A stretch of 64,000 nucleotides of DNA from Candidatus Latescibacterota bacterium. Its GTDB lineage: Bacteria > Latescibacterota > UBA2968. The DNA lies in contig OZ244960.1 in assembly GCA_965222605.1 (NCBI GenBank), forward strand, positions 1,312,001 through 1,376,000, given 5' to 3'. The notes below the pieces were generated by a model. It saw only the letters and a list, made by a program, of their open reading frames with translations. It did not search any database and was not told the origin of the DNA. Positions 10,667-22,400 of the stretch are shown one piece after another. A program made the position numbers and the translations under genes. The stretch's first letter is position 1. Each line of letters opens with the position of its first letter.

Positions 10667-13600
10667 ATGGATTATACCAATATGAAACACCGCGTTAAAA
10701 TTTTCCCACTCGCGCTCGGCATCGCCAGCGTATTGAGCCTTTTGCTCTTGGTATTTCCCCTATCCACACAGACCAGCAGTTTTTCCCTCTCTCTGGATTT
10801 AGATAATTCCGAAGGCGACCAGGCAATCTCCTCTCTCGATGTATTTCCCAATCGCGTTGTTCCCATTCAAATCTTCGGCACAGATATTGGGGCTGCAAAC
10901 GATCTCTCCCTGCGCTTTGAATTCGACCCCGCTCAGGTTGCTTACGAAGCATTTAAGCGGTCGAATATCGTATCGGGCACCTCTGCGCTTACGGGAAAGG
11001 ATTTTACAAATATCGGGATAACCCTATCGGCAGGTAATGCATATAGTGGTCTTATAGGCACGATTCACTTTCGCACAATGGAGGCATTTTCAGGTACAGG
11101 CATACGATTGGTGCGTGTCAAACTTGTGCGAGATGGACAAACGGAGACCGTATCGCTGCTGGACCTGAGTGTTACCTTGCGGCTTGCGAAACCGCCTTCT
11201 CCAGACTTTGACAGGAATGGGACGGTGGGTATCCCCGACTTTTTGCTCTTTGTCGATACATTTGGGTCCGAAAGAGGTCAAGATACTTATGAGTCAAAAT
11301 ACGATCTGAATGTGGATGGCGAGATAGGGATCCCCGATTTTCTGATCTTTATCGATAACTTCGGCAAAGTGGTCAACCGCGCACCTGTCTTCACGTCGGA
11401 GCCTCCTGTGACGCTCTCCGTAGATGAGAACACGCCATCGGGACAGGCAATAGGTGATCCTATCACAGCCAGTGATGCTGAGGGCCATACGCTTACCTAT
11501 CGCCTCAGCGGTGCCGATGCAGACAGTTTTGCCATTGAGGAGAGCACAGGGCAAATTCAGACGAAAGGGACGTACAACTTTGAGCAGCAGGACAGCTATT
11601 CCGTCACTGTCCATGTTAGTGATGGCGAAGGTGGTGAGGCCAGCCTTGCTGCAGGTATTGCCATCACTGACATCGACGAACCCCCTATGCCGCCTGCCCC
11701 ACCGAGTGTCTCGGCGATCGCTCCCACAACCCTGACGGTAATCTGGACAGAACCTTCCAACACCGGTCCTGAGATCACCGACTACGATGTGCAATACCGA
11801 CAAGCCGATAGTGATGTGTTCACAGATGCGGATTATGACGGCACGGAACGGTCGGTACGCCTGACGGAACTGTTTTCAAGCACGCGCTATGCAATTCAGG
11901 TGCGGGCGCACAATGAGGAAGGCACGAGTGAATGGTCTGAGTCGAGTGAGTGGAGCACCTCTGCGCTGTCGATAATACCGGGAGGCGGCGGTACACCACC
12001 GCCTCCACGACCACCACGACCGCCTCCACGGCCTCAACCACCGCCTCCACCTCAACCACCCCCTCCACCTCAACCGCCGAGTAATAAGCCCCCGACCTTC
12101 GACGACGGCTCAAGCACCACGCGCAGCCTGGCCGAGAACACAACCGGGACCCACAACATCGGCAACCCCATAAGCGCGACCGACCCGGAGGGCAGGTCCG
12201 TGAGTTACCGCCTCATCAGTGGGGATACGGAGAGTTTTGCCATCGACCCGAACACCGGTCAACTGCAGACCGGGACAAGCGTCGCCTTCGACTACGAAAC
12301 GAAGGATCGCTATTCGGTAAGGGTAGAAGCAGCGGACGAGCAGGGTGGACGGGCGACCATCACAGTGACGATAGACATAACTGATGACGACAACGAACGG
12401 CCAGAAAGACCCGACAGGCCCACGGTAACGGCTTCGACGTTGACGAGCCTGACCGTACGCTGGACCGAGCCACAGAACACCGGTCCTGCCATCAACGACT
12501 ACGACATCCAGTATAAGGAGAGCGGTGGCACATTCACCGACTGGCCGCACAATGGACCCGGCACGAGCACGACCATCATCAGCCTGGAGGCCAACACATC
12601 CTATGAGGTGCGGGTACTGGCGCGCAGTCTCGAAGGACAGAGCGATTGGTCCGAATCCGTTACTGTGAGCACTGTCGCCAACCAGGCGCCCACGTTCAGC
12701 GAAGGATCGAGCGCCACCCGCGCCCTCGACGAGAACACCACCGGCGTCCAGAACGTCGGCGATCCGGTAAGTGCCACCGACCCGGAGAACACCACGCTGA
12801 CCTACAGCCTCGAAGGCACGGACCAGGCCTCCTTCACTCTCGATGTCAACCAGCTTCAAACCAGAGCGAGCGAAACCTACGACTACGAAGAGAAGAACAG
12901 CTATGAGGTAACGGTTCGCGTAGAAGATGATCAGGGCGGCAGCAACACCATCGAGGTGACCATCAACCTGATTGATGAACAGGAACCGCCCGGGGACCCG
13001 GCAGCACCCAGCGTCATACCGGCCTCTTCCACCAGCCTGACCGTGACCTATGACGAGCCAGCCAACACCGGTCCCGACATTGACGACTACGACATCCAGT
13101 ACCGCGAAGGGGACAGCGGCGGCTTCACCTCCTATACACACAACGGCGCGGAACTCGCCGCAACCATCACCGGTCGGAGCCCGGGCACGAGCTATGAGGT
13201 GCAGGTGCGCGCGCACAACGACGAAGGCACGAGCGATTGGTCGCCGTCGGGCACGGGAAGCACCCACCCCAACCAGCCCCCGGTCTTCACCGACGGGTCG
13301 AGCACCACCCGCGCCCTCGACGAGAACACCACCGGCGTGCAGAACATCGGCGATCCGGTCAGTGCCACCGACCCGGAGAACACCGCGCTGACCTACAGCC
13401 TTGAAGGCACAGACGCGGATGCCTTCACCATCAACTCGCGCAGCGGTCAACTTCGGACCAAATCGGATCAGACCTACAACTACGAGGCAAAGCCCCGCTA
13501 TGTTCTGAGTATCAAAGCAACCGACGGGCACGGCGGCAGCAGCACCATCACCGTTTTGATAAACCTGAACGACGTCAACGAGCCGCCGGAGTTTACCAGT

Positions 13601-16600
13601 GACGCGGCCTTCGAGACTGGGGAAAATGGCACGAGGGTCGGCGAAGTGGTCGCCCGCGATGAGGATAGTGCCGACGATATCACGAATTACACCATCACCG
13701 GAGGCGCCGACCGCGACCTGTTCGAGATCGCCAACACCGACGAGCTGCACTTCAAGGACGCCCCCAACTTCGAGGATCCCACGGACAATGGCAGAAACAA
13801 CCAGTACAACGTGACCGTCACCGCCACCGGCGGCGTGGGAGGCCGCGCCCTGACCGCACAGCAGACGATCACCGTCACCGTGGAGGACGTCGACGAGCCG
13901 CCGGGGAAGCCCGATCCGCCCACCGTATCGGACGAGACGGAAAACAGCCTGACCGTGACATGGACCGAGCCGGTCAACATCGGGCCTGACATCGCGAACT
14001 ACCACGTGCAATACCGCATCAGCGGCACATTCACCGATTGGCCGGACACCGGCCCGTCCCTGACCCGCACGCTCACGGGCTTGAGTTCGGGCAGCACCTA
14101 CCAGATCCGGGTACAGGCGGAGAACGACGAAGGGAAGGGCGCGTGGTCCAATTCTGTCAACGGCACCACGCTCACCGCGCCGACCGACGCGCCGCCGGAG
14201 ATCAGTGCCTCGACCTTCACCGTCGATGAGGGGAAGACAGCGGTGGCGACTTTGACCGCGGAGGATCAGGACACCGCCGCGGCGGACCTGGAGTGGTCAA
14301 AGGCGGGCGGCGCCGACGCGGGCCGGTTCACGCTGAGCACCGCCGGCGTCCTGGCCTTCGCGGCGGCCCCCGACTACGAGAACCCGGACGACGCCGACGG
14401 CGACCGGACCTATGAAATCACCGTACAGGTCAGCGACGGCACCCACACGGATACGGAAGACATGGTCGTGACCGTCAAGAACGTGGATGAGGACGGCACC
14501 GTGTCGCTGTTCCCGGCGCAACTCCGGGTGCGGACGGTGGTCCGGGCCACCCTCACCGATCCGGATGGCGATCTCAACGCCGTGTCCTGGCGGTGGGCCG
14601 AGTCCTGGGACAAGACCACCTGGACCAACATCGACGGGGCGACCCGGGCCGATTACCTGCCGACGGAAGCGAGATGGGGCAAGTACTTGCGGGCCACGGC
14701 AACACGCTACAGGGACGGCGAAGGTTCCAACAAGACTTCACGGACGGAGTCGAACGCCACGGTCGGCGAGCGGGAGCCCGGCCCCGAGCTGTCGGTCAAG
14801 ACGCTGGTGTCCGGCTTGAGATTTCCCTGGGGGATCGCCTTCACTCCCGACGGGACGATGCTGTTCACCGAACGGGATGGCCATCGGCAGCAAGACCCAC
14901 TTCCCGACCCTCCCGAAGGGCTCAGCAGCCGGCTCACCGATGGCACGCTCCAGACCGTGTCCGCCGACTTCAGCGACCTGGATACCGACGAAAACGGTGG
15001 GGTGATGGGGCTCGAAGTCGATCCCGACTTCGTCGACAACCGGCGGATCTACATCTGCCAGCAGCGTACCGGCTCCGTGATACAGGTGGTCGCCTGGACG
15101 ATAGACGCGACCTACACCACGGCCACCCGAGCCAATGATCCCCTTGTCGGGAACATCCCGAGGGTGGACAACCACAACGGCTGCCGCCTGCGCTTCGGCC
15201 CCGATGGCAATCTGTGGATCTCCACCGGTGACACCGAGGCTATCGGGACCGTCCCGCAGGACCTGAACTCGCTCGGCGGGAAGATACTGAGGGTGGACCC
15301 CTTGACGGGCGTCGCGCCCGCGGACAACCCGTTCCCGGGATCGTTGGTCTACTCGTACGGTCACCGCAACCCGCAGGGCCTGGCCCTGAGGCCCGGTACG
15401 AGGCAGATGTGGTCGGTCGAGCATGGCCCGACGGTGGACGACGAGATCAACCTGCTGGTCCGCGGCGCCAACTATGGCTGGGATCCAGTGCCCACCGACG
15501 AGAACGGCGATCCGACCTCCGGCTACGACGACACCGCCCCCATGACCGACCTGGTGAAGTTTCCCGGTGCGGTCGAGGCCAGGTGGTCGTCGGGTAACCC
15601 GACCCTGGCCACGAGCGGGGGCATCTTCCTCGAAGGCGAGCAGTGGGGCCTCTGGGAGGGCCGGCTGGCCGTGGCCACGCTCAAGGGCCGATCATTACGC
15701 ATCTTCGAGTTCACCGAAGACGGGACCTTCGTGAGCCACGTCGTTCCGGAGGAACTCGACCACTTCGGTGACCGTGACCACCGACTGCGGACTCCGATGA
15801 TCGGTCCCGACAATGCCTTGTATCTCTCCACTTCTACGAGGGGTTGGAGGGATGATATCCTGAGGGTCACCCCTCAGCAGGCGCCTGAGTTCCCGAACGC
15901 CGCCGACACCCGGCAGGTGCCCGAGAACACCGGCGGCGACATGGTCGTCGCCACGGTCGAGGCGACCGACTACAACCACGACGAACTCACCTACACGCTG
16001 GGCGGCACCGACGGGGAGTCGTTCTACATCCTGGACGAGAACATCGGCGAGCTGCGAGTCCGGTCCACAACGCAACTCGACTACGAGACCAGGCGGACAT
16101 ACGAAGTCACCGTCACCGCCGACGACGAGCAGAACACCAGCGACACGGTCACGTTGACCATCGAAGTCACCGACGTCGAGCACGAGGGGACGGTGATCCT
16201 TCCCTTGACCCAGCCCCGGGTCGGCAGCCCGGTCCAGGCCAGTCTGTCCGACCCCGACGGTGGCGTCACCGGCACGACCTGGAAATGGGAGCGCTCAGAC
16301 GACGGCGTCACCGGCTGGGAGGACATCGACGGGGCCCGGTCGGCGTCGTATACGCCCGGCACGGACGATATCGGCAAGTATCTGCGGGCCACGGTCACCT
16401 ACACCAACATCCACGGACCGGACAAGACCGCACAGAGCGTGACGTCCGGCGCCGTAGGCACCGCGCCCAACAGCAACCCGGAGTTTCCTTCAGCGTCGCT
16501 GGTCCGCCGTGTGGCCGAACACACCGCGGCGGGCCGGTCCATCGACTCACCGGTCGAGGCCGACGACGCCGATGGCGATCCCTTGCAGTACGCACTGTCG

Positions 16601-18700
16601 GGCATGGATGCGGACCTGTTCGACATCAACAGTTCAACGGGACAGTTGCTGACCAGGGCCGCCCTCGACTACGAGGTGGCCAACGAGTACGAAGTCGTCG
16701 TCTCGGTCAGTGATGGCAAGGACACGAACGACTTGCCCGACGACAACGAGGTCGACGACTCCGTCACGGTGACCATCGAGGTCACCAATGTCGACGAGCC
16801 TGGGTCCGTGTCGCTGCTTCCGGCTCAGCTCCGGGCGTGGACGGTGGTGAGGGCAACGCTGAGCGACCCGGACGGCGTGGATCTCCACGCCGTGTCCTGG
16901 CAGTGGGCCGAGTCCTCGGACAAGACCGCCTGGACCAGAATCGACGGAGCGACCCAGGCCGACTACACGCCCACGGACAGCGTCCAGGGGCAATACCTGA
17001 GAGCCACGGCGGGCTACACCGACGGCCAGGGCACCGGGAAGACCACCGAGGTGGTGTCGGATCATGTGGTCGGCGAGCGGGAGCCCGGCCCGGAGCTGAC
17101 CGTCGTCCCGCTGGTCTCCGGCCTGAGCGTTCCGTGGGGGGTGGCCTTCGCGCCCGACGGGACGATGCTGTTCACCGAGCGGGGAGGCAGGCTGAGCAGT
17201 CGGCTGACCGACGGGGCGGTCCAGTCCGTCAGTGCCGACTTCGACGACCTGCTCGTATCGGGAGAGGCCGGATTGATGGCCATCGTCGTCGACCCCGCGT
17301 TCGCTTCCAACCGACGGTTCTACACCTGTCAGGCCCATACCGGGCCGGAAGTGCAGGTGATTGCCTGGACGATAGACGCGACCTACACCGCGGCCACCCG
17401 CGCCGATGACCCCCTCGTTGACAACATCCCCGCCGCCAGTCAGCACAGCGGCTGCCGCTTGCGTTTCGGTCCGGAGGGGTATCTGTGGATCGCAACCGGC
17501 GACGCCTCGTCCGGGACAGTCCCGCAGGATCGGAACTCGCTCGGCGGGAAAGTGCTCCGCGTCAACTCCTCGACGGGCACGGCGGCGCCGGGTAACCCGT
17601 TCGGGACGCGAGTCTACACCTCCGGCCATCGCAATCCACAGGGGCTGGCGCGCCGTCCGGGCACGAACCAGATGTGGTCGGTAGAGCACGGCCCTACGGT
17701 GGACGACGAGATCAACCTGCTGAGCGCGGGCGGCAACTACGGTTGGGATCCGGTGCCGTCCTACAACGAGGGCGTGCCCATGACCGACCTGGTGAAGTTT
17801 CCCGGTGCGGTCGAGGCCAGATGGTCGTCGGGAAATCATACGTTGGCCACCAGCGGCGGCATCTTCCTGGAGGGAGAAGACTGGGAGGAGTGGAACGGGC
17901 GGCTGGCGATCGCGACGCTGAAGGGGCAGTCGCTGCGGGTCTTCGAGTTCTCCGCGAGCGGCGCGTTCATGAGCCATGTCGTTGCGCCCGGCCTGGACGG
18001 TGCGTACGGCCGGCTGCGCACCCCCATGCTCGGCCCTGACGGCGCCCTGTACGTGACCACCTCGAACGGCGCTGGCGCGGACCGGATACTCCGGGTCACC
18101 GCCAGCCGGGCGCCCGCGTTCCTGACCAACACCCAGATTCAACATGTGGAAGAGAACAGCAGCACCTCGGATGTCGTCGCCAGAGTGTTGGCCCTCGACC
18201 CGAAGGGCGAAACGCTCACCTACACGCTCAGCGGCCCCGATGCGCCATCCTTCAATACCGCGGATGCAACCGTCGGAGAGTTGCGTGCCAAAGTAGCGCT
18301 GGACTACGAGACCCGGAGTTCATACGAGGTCATCGTCACCGCCACGAACCCGGGTGGTTTCAGCGACAGCGTCACGTTGACCATCAACGTCACCGACGTG
18401 AACGAGCCGCCGGGCAGGCCCGATCCGCCGACGGTGAGCGGCGAGACGGAAAACAGCCTGACCGTGAGCTGGGACGAGCCGGCCAACACCGGGGCCGACA
18501 TCACCAATTACCATTTGCAATACCGCATCAGCGGCGCGTTTACCGATTGGCCGGACACCGGCCCGTCCCTGAGCCGCACGATCACCGGCTTGAGTTCGGG
18601 CACGACCTACCAGATCCGGGTACAGGCGGAGAACGACGAGGGGAAGGGCGCGTGGTCCAATTCGGTCAACGGCACCACGCTCACCGCACCTACAAATTGA
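10667..18700 (+). CDS. Giant secreted multidomain protein, cassette 2: constant head, cadherin/FN3 repeats, two PQQ-dependent glucose/sorbosone dehydrogenase (GSDH) domains; 3' end truncated by frameshift
   Basis: 2677-aa ORF (true start may be MKH at 10682). GSDH motifs PWGIAFTPDG, HNGCRLRFGPDG, GGKILR, GHRNPQGL, EHGP..DDEIN, GxNYGW present twice (~14780-15870 and ~17090-18100). Confidence 0.92.
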   Translation: MDYTNMKHRVKIFPLALGIASVLSLLLLVFPLSTQTSSFSLSLDLDNSEGDQAISSLDVFPNRVVPIQIFGTDIGAANDLSLRFEFDPAQVAYEAFKRSNIVSGTSALTGKDFTNIGITLSAGNAYSGLIGTIHFRTMEAFSGTGIRLVRVKLVRDGQTETVSLLDLSVTLRLAKPPSPDFDRNGTVGIPDFLLFVDTFGSERGQDTYESKYDLNVDGEIGIPDFLIFIDNFGKVVNRAPVFTSEPPVTLSVDENTPSGQAIGDPITASDAEGHTLTYRLSGADADSFAIEESTGQIQTKGTYNFEQQDSYSVTVHVSDGEGGEASLAAGIAITDIDEPPMPPAPPSVSAIAPTTLTVIWTEPSNTGPEITDYDVQYRQADSDVFTDADYDGTERSVRLTELFSSTRYAIQVRAHNEEGTSEWSESSEWSTSALSIIPGGGGTPPPPRPPRPPPRPQPPPPPQPPPPPQPPSNKPPTFDDGSSTTRSLAENTTGTHNIGNPISATDPEGRSVSYRLISGDTESFAIDPNTGQLQTGTSVAFDYETKDRYSVRVEAADEQGGRATITVTIDITDDDNERPERPDRPTVTASTLTSLTVRWTEPQNTGPAINDYDIQYKESGGTFTDWPHNGPGTSTTIISLEANTSYEVRVLARSLEGQSDWSESVTVSTVANQAPTFSEGSSATRALDENTTGVQNVGDPVSATDPENTTLTYSLEGTDQASFTLDVNQLQTRASETYDYEEKNSYEVTVRVEDDQGGSNTIEVTINLIDEQEPPGDPAAPSVIPASSTSLTVTYDEPANTGPDIDDYDIQYREGDSGGFTSYTHNGAELAATITGRSPGTSYEVQVRAHNDEGTSDWSPSGTGSTHPNQPPVFTDGSSTTRALDENTTGVQNIGDPVSATDPENTALTYSLEGTDADAFTINSRSGQLRTKSDQTYNYEAKPRYVLSIKATDGHGGSSTITVLINLNDVNEPPEFTSDAAFETGENGTRVGEVVARDEDSADDITNYTITGGADRDLFEIANTDELHFKDAPNFEDPTDNGRNNQYNVTVTATGGVGGRALTAQQTITVTVEDVDEPPGKPDPPTVSDETENSLTVTWTEPVNIGPDIANYHVQYRISGTFTDWPDTGPSLTRTLTGLSSGSTYQIRVQAENDEGKGAWSNSVNGTTLTAPTDAPPEISASTFTVDEGKTAVATLTAEDQDTAAADLEWSKAGGADAGRFTLSTAGVLAFAAAPDYENPDDADGDRTYEITVQVSDGTHTDTEDMVVTVKNVDEDGTVSLFPAQLRVRTVVRATLTDPDGDLNAVSWRWAESWDKTTWTNIDGATRADYLPTEARWGKYLRATATRYRDGEGSNKTSRTESNATVGEREPGPELSVKTLVSGLRFPWGIAFTPDGTMLFTERDGHRQQDPLPDPPEGLSSRLTDGTLQTVSADFSDLDTDENGGVMGLEVDPDFVDNRRIYICQQRTGSVIQVVAWTIDATYTTATRANDPLVGNIPRVDNHNGCRLRFGPDGNLWISTGDTEAIGTVPQDLNSLGGKILRVDPLTGVAPADNPFPGSLVYSYGHRNPQGLALRPGTRQMWSVEHGPTVDDEINLLVRGANYGWDPVPTDENGDPTSGYDDTAPMTDLVKFPGAVEARWSSGNPTLATSGGIFLEGEQWGLWEGRLAVATLKGRSLRIFEFTEDGTFVSHVVPEELDHFGDRDHRLRTPMIGPDNALYLSTSTRGWRDDILRVTPQQAPEFPNAADTRQVPENTGGDMVVATVEATDYNHDELTYTLGGTDGESFYILDENIGELRVRSTTQLDYETRRTYEVTVTADDEQNTSDTVTLTIEVTDVEHEGTVILPLTQPRVGSPVQASLSDPDGGVTGTTWKWERSDDGVTGWEDIDGARSASYTPGTDDIGKYLRATVTYTNIHGPDKTAQSVTSGAVGTAPNSNPEFPSASLVRRVAEHTAAGRSIDSPVEADDADGDPLQYALSGMDADLFDINSSTGQLLTRAALDYEVANEYEVVVSVSDGKDTNDLPDDNEVDDSVTVTIEVTNVDEPGSVSLLPAQLRAWTVVRATLSDPDGVDLHAVSWQWAESSDKTAWTRIDGATQADYTPTDSVQGQYLRATAGYTDGQGTGKTTEVVSDHVVGEREPGPELTVVPLVSGLSVPWGVAFAPDGTMLFTERGGRLSSRLTDGAVQSVSADFDDLLVSGEAGLMAIVVDPAFASNRRFYTCQAHTGPEVQVIAWTIDATYTAATRADDPLVDNIPAASQHSGCRLRFGPEGYLWIATGDASSGTVPQDRNSLGGKVLRVNSSTGTAAPGNPFGTRVYTSGHRNPQGLARRPGTNQMWSVEHGPTVDDEINLLSAGGNYGWDPVPSYNEGVPMTDLVKFPGAVEARWSSGNHTLATSGGIFLEGEDWEEWNGRLAIATLKGQSLRVFEFSASGAFMSHVVAPGLDGAYGRLRTPMLGPDGALYVTTSNGAGADRILRVTASRAPAFLTNTQIQHVEENSSTSDVVARVLALDPKGETLTYTLSGPDAPSFNTADATVGELRAKVALDYETRSSYEVIVTATNPGGFSDSVTLTINVTDVNEPPGRPDPPTVSGETENSLTVSWDEPANTGADITNYHLQYRISGAFTDWPDTGPSLSRTITGLSSGTTYQIRVQAENDEGKGAWSNSVNGTTLTAPTN

Positions 18701-19473
18701 ACGACGTGATCGACGTGACCGTGACCTTCAACGATGCGGTAACCGTCACCGGCGCGCCGCAGATCGACCTGACGACAGGTACTACCGTGCGCCAGGCGGA
18801 CTATAAAAGCGGCTCGACCACGACCCAACTCCTCTTCCAATCCACCGTGCAGGCTGACGACGAGGACACCGATGGCGCAACCATCAACGCCAACGGCCTC
18901 AAGCTCAACGGCGGTAGCATCCGCAAAAAGGATTCCACCATAAACGCGGACCTCGCGCACGACGCCCAGACCGATCAATCCGGCCACAGGGTCGATGGCG
19001 TTGTGCCGACGCTCATTGACGCGAAAGTGAAGGGCGACGCGTTGACGCTGAGCATTGTTCCCGCGCCCGATACGCATTTCTCAGGCGCAAACGCGATTGC
19101 GGCCTTCAACGCTGCGGGAGGGACGAGCTATACGGGTGCAAAGGTGCCGGTGGAGAACGCTGTTGGGGGATCGGGCAGCCAGGACGGTCACTGGCGAGAG
19201 TCCGTGCTCGACGACGAACTCATGACGCCCAGAATTAGCGATCGCGTTGCGCACCCGCTGAGCGCGATTACGATTCAGTCACTCGCCGATATAGGCTACC
19301 GCGTCAATGTCACGCAGGCCGACGCCTACACGGTGCCCGACCCATCTACGCGAGTGGCCACGGCGTCCGCGGGGGATTCGGTTCCGATCAGCTGTGCGAT
19401 CATAACCCACCCCGGCACCGGGCCGGATCGGCCTGAACCCATTGTCCTGAAGGTGAAGCCGGCAGGTAACTGA
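18689..19473 (+). pseudogene. Deleted remnant of cassette 2 C-terminus (Ig/SwmB-adjacent domain fused to the distal half of an M8 protease lacking HEXXH)
   Basis: Versus paralog 19493-27919: a 55-bp deletion at ~18688 shifts frame, and a ~3.7-kb deletion at ~19050 joins 'KGDALTL' to 'IVPAPDTHFSG'. No HEXXH remains. Confidence 0.85.
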
Positions 19474-19492
19474 TGTTACGCACTGACACACT

Positions 19493-22400
19493 ATGGATTA
19501 TGCCAATATGAAACACCGCGTTAAAATTTTCCCACTCGCGCTCGGCATCGCCAGCGTATTGAGCCTTTTGCTCTTGGTATTTCCCCTATCCACCCAGACC
19601 AGTAGCTTTTCCCTGTCTCTGGACTTAGATAATTCCGAAGGCGACCAGGCAGTCTCCTCTCTCGATGTCTTTCCCAATCGCACGGTTCCCATTCAAATCT
19701 TCTGCACAGATATTGCGTCTGCAAGCGATATCTCCCTGCGCTTTGAATTTGATCCTGCTCAGGTTGCTTACGAAGGATTCAAGCGGGCAAATATCGTATC
19801 TGGTACCTCTGCGCTTACGGGCAAAGATTTTGCAAATATCGGGATAACGTTATCCAATAGTAATGCAACCAATAGCGGCCTTATAGGCACGATTCACTTT
19901 CGCACGACAGAGGCATTTTCAGGCACGGACATACTTTTGGTGCGTGCAAGGCTTGTGCGAGGAGGACAAACGGAGACCGTATCGATGGACCTGAGCATTA
20001 CCTTGCGGCTTGCTAAACCGCCTTCTCCAGACTTTGACAGGAATGGGACGGTGGGTATCCCCGACTTTTTGCTCTTTGTCGATACATTTGGGTCCGAAAG
20101 AGGTCAAGATACTTATGAGTCCAAATACGATCTGAATGTGGATGGCGAGATAGGGATCCCCGATTTTCTGATCTTTATCGATAGCTTCGGCAAAGTAGTC
20201 AACCGCGCACCGGTCTTCACCTCAGAGCCTCCTGTGACGCTCTCTGTGCCAGAGAACACGCCGTCGGGACAAGCAATAGGGGAGCCTATCTCTGCGACCG
20301 ATGGCGATGGCCATACGCTTACCTATCGCCTCAGCGGTGCCGATGCCGACAGTTTTGCCATTGAGGAGAGCACAGGGCAAATTCAGACGAAAGGGACGTA
20401 CAACTTTGAGCAGAAGGACAGCTATTCCCTCATCGTCTATGTTAGTGATGGCGAAGGTGGCGAAGCCAGCCTTGCTGCAGGTATTGCCATTACTGACATC
20501 GACGAACCTCCAGGACAGCCTGCCCCACCGAGTGTCTCGGCGATCGCTCCCACAACCCTGACGGTAATCTGGACAGAACCTTCCAACACGGGTCCTGAGA
20601 TCACCGACTACGATGTGCAATACCGACAAGCCGATAGTGATGTGTTCAAAGATGCGGATTATGACGGCACGGAACGGACGGTACGCCTGACGGAACTGTT
20701 TTCAAGCACGCGCTATGCGATACAGGTGCGGGCGACTAACGAAGAAGGCGCGAGTGAATGGTCTGAATCGAGTGAGTGGAGCACCTCTGCGCTGTCGCTA
20801 CCACCAGGAGGAGGCGGTACACCACCACCACGACCGCCTCCACGACCACCACCACGACCACCACCACGGCCTCCTCCACCTCCTCCACCTCCTCCACCTC
20901 AACCGCCGAGTAATAAGCCCCCGACCTTCGACGACGGCTCAAGCACCACGCGCAGCCTGGCCGAGAACACAACCGGGACCCACAACATCGGCAACCCCAT
21001 AAGAGCGACCGACCCGGAGGGTCGCACGGTGAGCTATAGCCTTACAGGTGGGGATACGGAGAGCTTCACCATCGATCCAAACATCGGCCAGCTCCGCACA
21101 CAGAACAGCGTGGATTACAACTATGAGGTACGCAATCGCTATTCGGTCAGGGTAGAAGCAGCGGACGAGCAGGGTGGCCGTGCCACCATCACAGTGACGA
21201 TTGACATAACTGATGACGACAACGAGCGGCCGGAAAGACCCGACAGGCCAGCGGTCACTACCTCGACGCTGAATAGTTTATCTATTCGATGGACGGAACC
21301 AACAAACACCGGTCCCGACATCAATGACTACGACGTGCAGTACAGGAAGGCCAGCGACTCGTTCGATGACTGGCCGCACAATGGACCCGGCACGAGTACG
21401 ACCATCACCAGCCTGGAGGCCAACACGTCCTATGAGGTGCGGGTACTGGCGCGCAGTCCCGAAGGACAGAGCGATTGGTCCGAATCCGTTACTGTGAGCA
21501 CTGTCGCCAATCAAGCTCCCACGTTTAATGAGGGTTCGCGCACCACGCGCAGGTTGGCGGAGAACACGACGGGCACGCAGGACATCGGCAACCCGATCAC
21601 CGCCGCCGACAGTGACGGGGGAACGCTGACCTATCGTCTTGAAGGCACGGACCAGGCCTCCTTTGCTCTCAATGACAACCAGCTTCAAACCAGAGCGAGC
21701 GAAACCTACGACTACGAAGAGAAGAACAGCTATGAGGTAACGGTGCGCGTAGAAGATGATCAGGGCGGCAGCAACACCATCGAGGTGACCATCAACCTGA
21801 TCAACCAACAGGAACCGCCCGAGACGCCAGACCCTCCCAGCGTCTCAGCGGCCTCTTCCACCAGCCTGGCTGTAACCTGGGATGAGCCAAACAATACCGG
21901 TCCCGACATCGACGACTACGACATCCAATACCGCGAAGGGGACAGCGGCGGCTTTACCTCCTGGAGACACAACAGCACGGACCTGACCGCGACCATCACC
22001 GGTCGGAGCCCGGGCACGAGCTATGAGGTGCAGGTGCGAGCGCACAACGACGAAGGCACGAGCGATTGGTCGCCGTCGGGCACGGGAAGCACCGACCCCA
22101 ACCAGCCGCCGGTCTTCACCGACGGGTCAAGCGCCGCGCGCAGCTTTGACGAGAACACCACCGGCGTGCAGGACATCGGCGATCCGGTGGGCGCCACCGA
22201 CCCGGAGAACACCGCGCTGACCTATAGCCTTGAAGGAACAGATGCGGATGCCTTCACCATCAACTCGCGCAGCGGTCAACTTCGGACCAAATCGGATCAG
22301 ACCTACGACTACGAGGCGCAGCCCCGCTACGTTCTGCGTATCAAAGCAACCGACGGGCATGGCGACGAGCGCACCATCACCGTTTTGATAAACCTGAACG

